This document shows, one piece after another, positions 26,810-34,729 of a DNA stretch of 40,301 nucleotides (position 1 is the stretch's first letter; each line of letters opens with the position of its first letter). Below the pieces are notes generated by a model. It did not search any database. It worked only from the letters and a program-made list of their open reading frames with translations, and was not told where the DNA came from. The stretch is from the NCBI GenBank assembly GCA_048884945.1, contig JBHLQJ010000001.1:26977-67277 (forward strand), in the 5' to 3' direction. Source of the stretch: Candidatus Thorarchaeota archaeon (lineage in GTDB: Archaea; Asgardarchaeota; Thorarchaeia; Thorarchaeales; Thorarchaeaceae). The position numbers were made by a program, and so were the translations under genes.

Positions 26810-28084
26810 CTAACAGTACATACTATCAGGAGCATGATCACCTGCTCCTCTATCTTGAACCTTAGAGATAGCTTTGCGGAAATCGTCTTGAGTGACACAA
26901 GTCCTGTTATCTCGAATTGCAAACATGCCAGCTTCTGTGCAAATTGTTTTAATGTCTGCCCCAGTCCTACCTTGAGTCGCAGATAATAAATGATTAAAAT
27001 CAACAACAGAGTCTATTTTCATTCCACGAATATGAATCTTGAAAATTTCTCTTCTGCTTATATCATCAGGTAATGGGAACTCAATAATCCTGTCGAAACG
27101 TCCTGGTCGTAGAAGTGCTGGGTCTAATATATCTGGACGATTTGTTGCGCCTAAAACAGCAACTTGACCACGGCTTTCAAAACCATCTAATTCACTTAGA
27201 AGTTGCATCAATGTACGCTGTACTTCTCGGTCTCCTGAAGTAGCAATATCAAGTCTATGCGAACCAACAGCGTCAAGCTCATCAACAAATATGATAGCAG
27301 GCGCTTTCTCCTTCGCAAGCATGAAAATTTCTCGAACGAGTCGAGCACCTTCACCTATGAATTTTTGAACAAGTTCCGAACCAATGACGCGAATAAAAGT
27401 AGCATTTGTTTCATGAGCAACAGCTCTAGCGCACAAAGTCTTTCCAGTTCCTGGTTTACCTGTAAGCAATACTCCTTTGGGAGGTTCAATACCAACCTCT
27501 TCAAACAACTCAGGTTTCAAAAGTGGGAGTTCTACGGTTTCTCTGATTTCTCTGAGCTGATCTTGAAGACCACCAATATCTTGATACGATACATTAGGCG
27601 CTACTTCAATCTCCATAGCTCTTATGATTGGATCCTTAGATGGCGGCAGTTCTTGTGTAATTGCAAACGATCTTTGATTGAGTGCCACTAGAGCTCCAGG
27701 TTGAAGCTTGTCTTTTGGAATTGATGATGCTACATGAACAACAAAGTTTGGACCTGTCGAGCTCTTTACTATTGCTCGACCATCTTCGAGCATCTCAGTT
27801 ATGGTTGCAGTGATGAGAGGTGATTGTCTTAGTTTCTCTAATTCGGTTCTTAGAGTTTGAGTTTCTTTCTCAAGCCTACTACGTTCAGCTTGAAGTATTT
27901 GTTTTTCAGTTTCCAATGCCCTGAGTCTTCGTTCTAAATGTCGAGTATAGCTTTGTGAGTATGCCGATTCATCGACGCTACCTTCATCTTTTGTGTCCGT
28001 TGTACCAGGCACTGGATGGCACCTCAAGAGCTCATCCACTGAAGATGTTTTAAGCATTGCTTTGCGGGAGCAAGAGCTTGTCAA
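26810..28084 (-). CDS. pan: proteasome-activating nucleotidase (PAN)
   Basis: It has an N-terminal coiled coil, an OB region, Walker A 'GKPGTGKT' and Walker B 'IIFVDELD'. The C-terminal 'MYC' fits an HbYX-like tail. An alternative ATG start lies at 28057. Confidence 0.9.
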   Translation of the reverse strand: MTSSCSRKAMLKTSSVDELLRCHPVPGTTDTKDEGSVDESAYSQSYTRHLERRLRALETEKQILQAERSRLEKETQTLRTELEKLRQSPLITATITEMLEDGRAIVKSSTGPNFVVHVASSIPKDKLQPGALVALNQRSFAITQELPPSKDPIIRAMEIEVAPNVSYQDIGGLQDQLREIRETVELPLLKPELFEEVGIEPPKGVLLTGKPGTGKTLCARAVAHETNATFIRVIGSELVQKFIGEGARLVREIFMLAKEKAPAIIFVDELDAVGSHRLDIATSGDREVQRTLMQLLSELDGFESRGQVAVLGATNRPDILDPALLRPGRFDRIIEFPLPDDISRREIFKIHIRGMKIDSVVDFNHLLSATQGRTGADIKTICTEAGMFAIRDNRTCVTQDDFRKAISKVQDRGAGDHAPDSMYC

Positions 28085-28181
28085 GGAACACTATTTTATC
28101 TTAATACCAGTCCCTGAAATTATATAGTCGGCAATCTTTATCAACCCCGCTCGTTTTATTATCAATCAGAGGGAATTCACT

Positions 28182-28772
28182 GTGCCAAGCTGCGAATTAT
28201 GTGGCAGAAATATGAAGGGTCGAGGTCGTGACGTGACAATTGAAGGAGCGGCAATGTTAGTTTGCCCTCAATGTGCTAGCAAATTTGGGGGTCAAACTAC
28301 ATCATCTGAATCCAAAATATCTTCAAAATCTCGAGCACATTCATCGTGGATTGGGGAACCTCAAAGACCAGCACCTGCTCAGCAAACGCGAGGTTTTACA
28401 CCGAAACTAAAACCAAAACCAAAGCCTAGGACTGGAGTTTTAATAGACGATTTAGAGTTGATAGAGGATTATGCCAAAGTAATTCGTGCCGCTAGACAAA
28501 AGAAACAATTCTCTCAAGAAGAGCTTGCTCAAAAAATTGGAGAGCGAATTTCAACTCTTCAATCAATTGAAACTGGAAGACTGAAACCAACAGGAAAAAC
28601 TATACGAGGTCTTGAACGAGAGCTTGAAATTTCCCTTTTAGAACCAGTTGGAACAACACCAATTAAGACAAGTAGTGAGAGATCAGGTACAGGTCCTACC
28701 CTTGGTGATAGAGTAGTTGTGAAGAGAAAAATGTCACAAAAAGCGCGTCAAGATAATACCCAAGCGAAGTGA
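28182..28772 (+). CDS. mbf1: archaeal multiprotein-bridging factor 1 (Zn-ribbon + XRE-type HTH)
   Basis: It has an N-terminal 'CELCG...CPQC' and a C-terminal HTH 'FSQEELAQKIGERISTLQSIETGR'. Confidence 0.8.
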   Translation: MPSCELCGRNMKGRGRDVTIEGAAMLVCPQCASKFGGQTTSSESKISSKSRAHSSWIGEPQRPAPAQQTRGFTPKLKPKPKPRTGVLIDDLELIEDYAKVIRAARQKKQFSQEELAQKIGERISTLQSIETGRLKPTGKTIRGLERELEISLLEPVGTTPIKTSSERSGTGPTLGDRVVVKRKMSQKARQDNTQAK

Positions 28773-28872
28773 ATATATAGTATTTGGACGTATAATACTA
28801 CAGGTGTAAATTTCCACTGCGGATGTTTTCGCTATTATCAAGGTCAGTCGACTAGCCATATTACATACTTGG

Positions 28873-29406
28873 GTGATTACGTCAATGGTTCACACGAATT
28901 TCAATCACGACCTCTTCCGACTTGTTGTTGAGGAGATTGCTGGAAAGGAAGGGGTAGATGTATCGACCGTCTTGGTCAATGCAGAAGAAACCACTGACGA
29001 AGAAATCGCAACTAAGACCGATCTCAAGTTGAACATTGTTCGAAAAATTCTCTACAAGCTCCACGATAATCATCTAGCATCATATCGACGAATCAGAGAT
29101 GCAAACACAGGTTGGTTTCTTTACTATTGGCGAATTGATCCCAAAAAAGCCCAGGCTCTAGTAAACAGAAAGAAACGTATGGTTCTCAATCTTCTTGAAC
29201 AAAGACTGCAACATGAAACAAATAACGATCTCTATGTATGTGTCAATCGTGATTCTTCTCCAGTACCTTTTGAGGAAGCAATGAATCTCTCTTTCCGTTG
29301 TCCTATATGCAATGGTCAGTTAGAATTTGTAGATAATGCAAGAGCAATATCGTTCCTGAAAAAACGTGTTGAAGAATTGAAAGCGGATTTGGAGGCATTC
29401 TCCTAA
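28873..29406 (+). CDS. tfe: transcription factor E (TFE alpha)
   Basis: It has a winged helix 'EEIATKTDLKLNIVRKILYKL...GWFLYYWRID' and a C-terminal Zn-ribbon remnant 'YVC...FRCPICNGQLEF'. Confidence 0.7.
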   Translation: MITSMVHTNFNHDLFRLVVEEIAGKEGVDVSTVLVNAEETTDEEIATKTDLKLNIVRKILYKLHDNHLASYRRIRDANTGWFLYYWRIDPKKAQALVNRKKRMVLNLLEQRLQHETNNDLYVCVNRDSSPVPFEEAMNLSFRCPICNGQLEFVDNARAISFLKKRVEELKADLEAFS

Positions 29407-29482
29407 TACGTCTGTTTCTTAGTCAATTTCCATTACAAAAGGTACTTAGCACAACTCTAAGACATTATGTCGAGGTTATCAG

Positions 29483-30253
29483 TTGAAGACTGTTGTTTTG
29501 CTTCCAAAGGCATATGGTTCATTTAGAGGTCGTCTACTTGAAACAATCAAATCTGAAGTATTACAGATGGTGAAGGAGCTAGACGTCCAAGTCAAAAGTC
29601 TAAACACTAACACCAAAAATCACATCATTATAAAAATCACTGGTGATGATGAGGAATTCATAGCCAATGCACTCACTAAGGAGTATGGGGGCACACTACA
29701 ATCAGATAACCTAGTCCCTCACAAGACATACCTTGGTCAATTAATAGATGTGGGAAAAGTAGGCTATGGTCTTTATTCAGATATAGGGGTTATTGACTCT
29801 AAACGGATGGATGCACTAATCCCTCTTCATCGTTTACGAGAGCAATTTGACTTACATGGGTCTGTTAGGACAATCGCGGACGTTTTTTTGCTTGTAGATC
29901 ATCTTCCTGTTGAAGTAAATCTAACAAGCATCGATTTATTCAACAATAAAATAGAGGCAGAATTCAGTCAATTAACTTTGACACGCATTGCAGATTGGAT
30001 GAACGACGACCATGAAAGACTTCTAATATTTGGCGCCAATCATTACCAAATAGAGAGCTCGCTGAAGAAAACGAATCATAGAGAAGACATCTATGAAATG
30101 GAGCAACTAGGTAAATTCGAATACTCTCTTAGATGCAAACGAAGCACGCGTGCCTCTGGAATACTCGCTGCAATTGGTCCCAAACTCAGAGGTGTTCCTA
30201 TGCACCTCTTCATACCAAAAGAACTTGAGGCTAAAAAGAATGCCAAGGCTTGA
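29483..30253 (+). CDS. conserved archaeal hypothetical protein (DUF2110-like, possible OB/S1-like core)
   Basis: The 256-aa protein has 'YLGQLIDVGKVGYGLYSDIGV', which resembles an S1/OB strand pair. The family assignment comes from memory only. Confidence 0.45.
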   Translation: MKTVVLLPKAYGSFRGRLLETIKSEVLQMVKELDVQVKSLNTNTKNHIIIKITGDDEEFIANALTKEYGGTLQSDNLVPHKTYLGQLIDVGKVGYGLYSDIGVIDSKRMDALIPLHRLREQFDLHGSVRTIADVFLLVDHLPVEVNLTSIDLFNNKIEAEFSQLTLTRIADWMNDDHERLLIFGANHYQIESSLKKTNHREDIYEMEQLGKFEYSLRCKRSTRASGILAAIGPKLRGVPMHLFIPKELEAKKNAKA

Positions 30254-30917
30254 TGTTTGGCTGGTAGAAAAAGGCCGATTCTCATCTCGTCAAGCAGCAA
30301 AAAGAGCCATCAAACAAGGTTTGATAGTTGTCAATGGACGAGAATGTAAACCATCCACTCAAGTTTCTGAAAAAGACAAAATCGAATTACTGAGCGCTGA
30401 AGTCGATGTTCCACAAGGATTCCAAAAGCTAAAGAAACTGGACGAGTGGCTTGAAGACACGTTAGTCTGCAACGAGTGCATAGCTCTTGACATCGGTAGC
30501 TCTGCAGGTGGTTTTCTAACATACTTAGCTCGAAAAGCTGCAACTGTTGTAGGAATTGAGGTATCTCAAAGGTTTGCTGATGAGTTGCATATCATAGCAG
30601 AAAGATATCCCAACATTTCAGTGATTTTTGCTGATGCTTTCAATCTTAATCCACTTACGGTAGCTGATATTGGTCAGCTTAATCTTCTTTTAATTGATGT
30701 AACAACTGAACCCGATGGTACACTGAAATTGATAGAGAGATTTACACCTTTGCTGAAAAAAGGAGGTCGGATGCTCGCAGCCTTCAAATTGCATCACAAA
30801 TCAGAAACACTAGTGTTTCTCAAAGACTCCATTTCGCAGCTTGATTATGTAGAGATTCAAGAAATAACTCTAGATATAACACGCAAAGAAGTACATATCA
30901 CTGCAATTTACATGTAA
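30240..30917 (+). CDS. TlyA-like S4-domain rRNA 2'-O-methyltransferase (FtsJ fold)
   Basis: It has an S4 domain 'RLDVWLVEKGRFSSRQAAKRAIKQGLIVVNG' and a SAM motif 'ALDIGSSAGGF'. The ATG at 30240 overlaps the upstream gene by 14 nt. The tracked start at 30150 is unlikely. Confidence 0.7.
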   Translation: MPRLDVWLVEKGRFSSRQAAKRAIKQGLIVVNGRECKPSTQVSEKDKIELLSAEVDVPQGFQKLKKLDEWLEDTLVCNECIALDIGSSAGGFLTYLARKAATVVGIEVSQRFADELHIIAERYPNISVIFADAFNLNPLTVADIGQLNLLLIDVTTEPDGTLKLIERFTPLLKKGGRMLAAFKLHHKSETLVFLKDSISQLDYVEIQEITLDITRKEVHITAIYM

Positions 30918-30954
30918 GCAACTTTTTATTGTGTCGACAAACCCATCTCTTTTG

Positions 30955-31008
30955 GGGGCGGTAGTCTAGCCCGGCTATGATGTCTCGTTTACACCGAGAA
31001 GGTCGCTG
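30955..31008 (+). pseudogene. truncated tRNA-Val(UAC) fragment (positions 1-52), intron-less
   Basis: The fragment is GGGGCGGTAGTCTAGCCCGGCTATGATGTCTCGTTTACACCGAGAAGGTCGCTG. Its first 46 nt are identical to the 5' part of the full gene at 32645-32600. The next 8 nt match the exon 2 start across the intron. It lacks the rest of the T-arm and the acceptor 3' strand. A TTTTTATT box lies ~25 nt upstream. Confidence 0.75.
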
Positions 31009-31078
31009 CGAATGTATGAACTTATAGCGCATCTTTCATCATTAATTATTGATGGTAGACATTCTTGGGGTATGATAT

Positions 31079-32557
31079 GTGGAAAGAAGACGATATTCCC
31101 GTTCTGAAAGGATCAAGGAAACCGAAGAAACTGACGAAATCAAAGATGAAGAAATAGCCAGAGAGATTGTCAGAGAAGTCGAATTAGTAATAAGAATGAA
31201 ACATGCTTTGGAGAAACTCGAGTCATCAGAAGCTGAATCCGAACCAGAGAAAGTGCCGCTTGACACAAAAAAGGATACAATACACCGAATGTACTTCGAG
31301 GAAGGAAAAACACATTCAGAAATTGCAGAAGAGCTCGGATACGAATCTACAAAACCACTTCAACGGGTCTTTCGTGAAGAAGGATGGGAAGCAAGAGCTG
31401 GGAAAGTAACTGAAATTGAGGATGATGTACATAGGCTGTACTTTGATGAGGGATTATCTCAAAGAGAAGTAGCTGAGGAACTTGGATTAAAATCAGTGAA
31501 GGCTGTAAGAAGGGTTTTCGAGGAACAAGGATGGGAAACGCGTCCCAAAAGAAACCTAGAGTTGGAAAATCAAGCTCGTGAACTGTATTTTGATGAAGAA
31601 CTGACACAGTCAGAGGTAGCCGAAGAACTTGGAATGTCGACAAAGTGGGTTCAGGATGTTTTCAAACGAAATGAATGGGAGGTTCGTTCTCGAAAGATAG
31701 AGGGAATTGAGGATGAAGTCTTTCATTTATACTTCGAAGAGAAACTTACTCAAGAAGAAGTAGCCAAAAAAATGGAACTCTCAAAGGACACAATTCTCCG
31801 AGTGTTTGAAGAGATGGAATGGGAATCACGAGAACCTCGCCGCGGAGTAACAATGAGGACCTTTGAAACTGAAGAAGAGCAGCTTGAAGCTAGAAGAGAA
31901 CATAGACAAGCAACCTATGAGAAAATCAAAGAGCTTAGAGAGGAACTTTTTGGATCAGAGTGTAGAATCTGTCATGCTGATAATGGAACACGTAAGTCAT
32001 TCATACACAAGAAAGATGGTACTGAGCACGAGGACATCAACCTATGGAGTTTGAGAGATTTAGAAAAGATTGAACCAGATGAATGGCGTCGATTGTGTAC
32101 CGCTTGTCACAGAGGCTCACATTGGATGATGGATGAACTTGGTATGGACTGGAGTGAAATTGAATCACTTAGAAAAATAGCTGTAGAAGATACAGAACTA
32201 GAAAACCAATACCGTGAAGGAACAATAACTCTTGACAAAAGTCGCAGGAGTTTTGAGAATGAGAATCTCAGTGTTGAAGACATTAGGAGAGAATTATTCG
32301 GAAACGAGTGTTCTGTATGTAACCAGTCTGAAGTTGAAAAGCGATTGATAATTCACAACAAAGCAGGACTATCCCATGATCGTCACTTTCTTTGGACGAA
32401 GGAAAACCTGAATTCAATCGATCCAGAGGAGTGGATAGTGCTATGCAGAAAATGTCACAGACATGTTCATTGGTCGATGAATAAACTAAGACTTTCTTGG
32501 GAATCAATTGAATCAAGACTTGTAGAATCAAGCGATGGTGGGGCGGGCCGGATTTGA
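31079..32557 (+). CDS. modular DNA-binding/nuclease-like protein: 4 tandem HTH repeats + 2 HNH-like (CxxC...H...CxxCH..H) modules
   Basis: Four ~45-aa repeats ('..YF(E/D)E.L(S/T)Q.EVAEELG......RVFEE.GWE.R') span aa ~65-253. Two ~80-aa repeats carry 'EC.(I/V)C...IH(K/N)K...N(L)...C..CHR..HW' at aa ~285-365 and ~402-480. The last 22 nt run antisense over the tRNA-Val 3' end. Confidence 0.65.
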   Translation: MERRRYSRSERIKETEETDEIKDEEIAREIVREVELVIRMKHALEKLESSEAESEPEKVPLDTKKDTIHRMYFEEGKTHSEIAEELGYESTKPLQRVFREEGWEARAGKVTEIEDDVHRLYFDEGLSQREVAEELGLKSVKAVRRVFEEQGWETRPKRNLELENQARELYFDEELTQSEVAEELGMSTKWVQDVFKRNEWEVRSRKIEGIEDEVFHLYFEEKLTQEEVAKKMELSKDTILRVFEEMEWESREPRRGVTMRTFETEEEQLEARREHRQATYEKIKELREELFGSECRICHADNGTRKSFIHKKDGTEHEDINLWSLRDLEKIEPDEWRRLCTACHRGSHWMMDELGMDWSEIESLRKIAVEDTELENQYREGTITLDKSRRSFENENLSVEDIRRELFGNECSVCNQSEVEKRLIIHNKAGLSHDRHFLWTKENLNSIDPEEWIVLCRKCHRHVHWSMNKLRLSWESIESRLVESSDGGAGRI

Positions 32558-32645
32558 ACCAGCGACCCTCGAGACCAAGAAGCACAGAGCTTCAGTGGTT
32601 TCTCGGTGTAAACGAGACATCATAGCCGGGCTAGACTACCGCCCC
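32536..32645 (-). tRNA. tRNA-Val(UAC) with ~32-nt intron in the variable loop (after position 44), CCA encoded
   Basis: A cloverleaf can be drawn with acceptor GGGGCGG/CCGCCCC, anticodon stem TCTCG/CGAGA, loop TTTACAC and T-arm GCTGG-TTCAAAT-CCGGC. The segment ACCACTGAAGCTCTGTGCTTCTTGGTCTCGAG interrupts A44/G45 and forms its own hairpin. Confidence 0.85.
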
Positions 32646-32699
32646 GATAGATTAGACCTGATATCTGTCGATTAAAAACATTATCGAAGTGGATGAGGA

Positions 32700-33014
32700 C
32701 TATACAGGTATTTTTCTAATCCTCTCATCCACTTCGTGTTCAAGCTCTATAATTATCTGAGCAACTCTTTTTCCAAAATGGTTCAATTCGTAGTATGAGT
32801 AAGAACCCTCATTGGTTCTTTCAAATACATTTACAATTAATCCAATTGAATCAAAGAATTTCAAATCTCTTGCAAGTGTCGTGCTGCTTATGTTGCTTTT
32901 CTTCTTTAGTTTACTAAATGGTATCTTATCTTTGTAAAGATCCATCAGTATCCCACGTTGTCTTTTGTTCTCCAAGAGGTGTAGTATTACTTCTTTTACG
33001 TCCCACTCACTCAT
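32700..33014 (-). CDS. small winged-helix transcriptional regulator (HxlR/ArsR/MarR-like)
   Basis: The 104-aa protein has 'FSKLKKKSNISSTTLARDLKFFDSIGLIV....EGSYSYYELN', which fits an HTH plus wing. Confidence 0.6.
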   Translation of the reverse strand: MSEWDVKEVILHLLENKRQRGILMDLYKDKIPFSKLKKKSNISSTTLARDLKFFDSIGLIVNVFERTNEGSYSYYELNHFGKRVAQIIIELEHEVDERIRKIPV

Positions 33015-33150
33015 TGGCTTGTATCCTCCTCGGAAGCGCTAATCTTCTATTGGTATCATATTTATTATAGTATGGTACTACTTAAAGGTTACTAGGATGG
33101 CAATTACAAACAATTATATAACTTAGTAATATATATGTAACCTAATAACA

Positions 33151-33172
33151 CTTTGTTAAATTAATAACAAAG
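33151..33172. promoter_or_regulatory. inverted repeat CTTTGTTA-N6-TAACAAAG (candidate operator)
   Basis: Perfect 8-bp arms lie in the divergent spacer between the wHTH gene and ORF 33195. TAATAACA is also directly repeated at 33144 and 33162. Confidence 0.3.
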
Positions 33173-33194
33173 ATACGCCGGGAGGACATAAATA

Positions 33195-33779
33195 TTGGTA
33201 GAACTGCGAAAGAAACCACGCAAAATTCGTGGTAGAGTTGAAATGCCAAGAGAAACATGGAATACAAAGGCAGTTACATTTGAGAACAATGTAAACAGAC
33301 ACATGAAAAATATTAGAGTCCTCTTACTCGGTCCTGGTTTTCCCGAAGGTCAGCTGGAAATCCGTACTCAAGTGGCAGAGGAACTTCAGAGAGCTGGGTG
33401 CGATATATATATCATGGAAACGATGGGCCCAATCAGTTCTTTCAACATTGATGAGAAGTTTTGTGACATTTTGAATGAAATTCGTCCCGAACTAATCATT
33501 TGCATATTCACAAAGGAAGGAGCTCCTCATGGTGTGATTTTTGAAATTGGATTCATTTGTGGACACTACGGAATTGAGCAAGCTTTGAATTACCTTCGAT
33601 TTTGTTTTCACAATGAGCTAAAAAAGATTCAAGAAATCCCTGCTTATCTACAGTTTCTAATCTCAAGAACACGCTACTATGAATTCTATGATGAAGATGA
33701 AGGTCCAACACTCTTTGACCGAATCATCCAATACATTCGAGATGAGGTCGTCAGACAATATTGTCCCACTGATTTATAA
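33195..33779 (+). CDS. hypothetical protein, nucleoside 2-deoxyribosyltransferase-like / Rossmann-like fold (tentative)
   Basis: 'RVLLLGPGF' and 'HGVIFEIGFICGHYG' resemble the 'YLAGP.F' and 'D.GT.FE.G.A' motifs of the NDT-like superfamily. The start is uncertain (TTG 33195, ATG 33243 or ATG 33303). Confidence 0.4.
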   Translation: MVELRKKPRKIRGRVEMPRETWNTKAVTFENNVNRHMKNIRVLLLGPGFPEGQLEIRTQVAEELQRAGCDIYIMETMGPISSFNIDEKFCDILNEIRPELIICIFTKEGAPHGVIFEIGFICGHYGIEQALNYLRFCFHNELKKIQEIPAYLQFLISRTRYYEFYDEDEGPTLFDRIIQYIRDEVVRQYCPTDL

Positions 33780-33905
33780 AATAATAACTGGTCATCACCA
33801 ATTGACTTTAACACCAAAGAGTTGAAGAGTAGGCATGCCTCAGGGAAAAAATGCGGTGAGCTCCTACAACTGAATGATGGATTGCCGCTGACCAGACCGA
33901 GCACA

Positions 33906-34027
33906 GCGGGAGTAGCCAAGCCCGGTCAAAGGCGGCGGACTTAAGATCGCATGAGATTAAGGGGTCATGTGAATAGGCTATCCGCTCTCGTAGGAGTTCG
34001 TGGGTTCGAAGCCCACCTCCCGCACCA
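33906..34027 (+). tRNA. tRNA-Leu(UAA) with canonical 37/38 intron (~34 nt), long variable arm, CCA encoded
   Basis: It has acceptor GCGGGAG/CTCCCGC, anticodon stem GCGGA/TCCGC, loop CTTAAG[intron]A, variable arm TCTCGTAGGAGTTC and T-arm GTGGG-TTCGAAG-CCCAC. The intron lies at about 33946-33979. Confidence 0.9.
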
Positions 34028-34064
34028 CTAAATTGTTTGAGGCCTAATCCCAATCTCTAAAAGG

Positions 34065-34652
34065 ATGACGTACAAGCACCCAATAGGCATGCCAATTCAA
34101 GCTTTAATCTCCTCAATGGGACTGGTTCTATTAATGGAAATAGGCGACAAGACCATGCTCACAACAATATGTCTTAGTGCGCAATATAGAAGACCCGGAC
34201 TAGTTCTCCTCTCCACGATGACTGCATTGGCCACCTCATCAATCATTGCAGTGGTTGTAGGATTAATCCTTTCAACAGCACTACCCATTGAAATCATAAC
34301 CTATGTATCTGGAATATTATTCATTGGTCTTGGAATTTTCACATTCATTAGAGCAAACTCTGAAGCGCCAGATTCCTGCGACAATCCCGGTACGTTGTTT
34401 GGAATGTTCTCACTAGTCTTGTTTTCAGAGCTTGGTGATAAGAGCCAAATCACAATACTTGCCCTAGCTGCTCAATCATCCTTCGCAATCATGGTATTCA
34501 TAGGATCAATCATTGGATTTCTAGTCGTGAACTCTATTGGTGCCATAGCTGGAGACCGAGTATCTGCACATATACCTCTTAAGATTGTGAAGCGGGTTGT
34601 TGGGTTTATCTTCATTTTATTTGGTTTACTTGTAGTATTTGGACTTCTATAA
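34065..34652 (+). CDS. UPF0016 (GDT1/TMEM165/MneA) family cation (Ca2+/Mn2+) transporter
   Basis: It has two internal repeats, each with the signature E-x-G-D-K-[ST] ('EIGDKT' and 'ELGDKS'). It has about six TM helices and is 195 aa. Confidence 0.8.
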   Translation: MTYKHPIGMPIQALISSMGLVLLMEIGDKTMLTTICLSAQYRRPGLVLLSTMTALATSSIIAVVVGLILSTALPIEIITYVSGILFIGLGIFTFIRANSEAPDSCDNPGTLFGMFSLVLFSELGDKSQITILALAAQSSFAIMVFIGSIIGFLVVNSIGAIAGDRVSAHIPLKIVKRVVGFIFILFGLLVVFGLL

Positions 34653-34729
34653 CTATCACATTTGGTTATAACGAAGCCTTTTATGAATCATCTGTCCCAT
34701 TGAGCTCAAGCTTGAAGGTGAGGATATCA

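Noticed and set aside
30150-30239. Tracked upstream start (30150) of the TlyA-like methyltransferase ORF
   Set aside because: It would overlap 104 nt of the preceding gene. The family's S4 domain begins right at the internal ATG (30240, 'MPRLDVWL').
30955-31008. Interpretation of the tRNA-Val fragment as the 5' half of a split (trans-spliced) tRNA gene
   Set aside because: The break is in the T-stem rather than at a known split site. I found no complementary leader or 3'-half gene in the window for the trailing sequence CGAATGTATGAAC. An intact tRNA-Val with the same 5' half lies 1.6 kb away.
33870-33891. CTGA-ATGATGG-attgccg-CTGA upstream of tRNA-Leu, considered as a C/D-box sRNA
   Set aside because: The box spacing (7 nt) is too short for a guide region, there is no second C/D pair or terminal stem, and the C box is imperfect.
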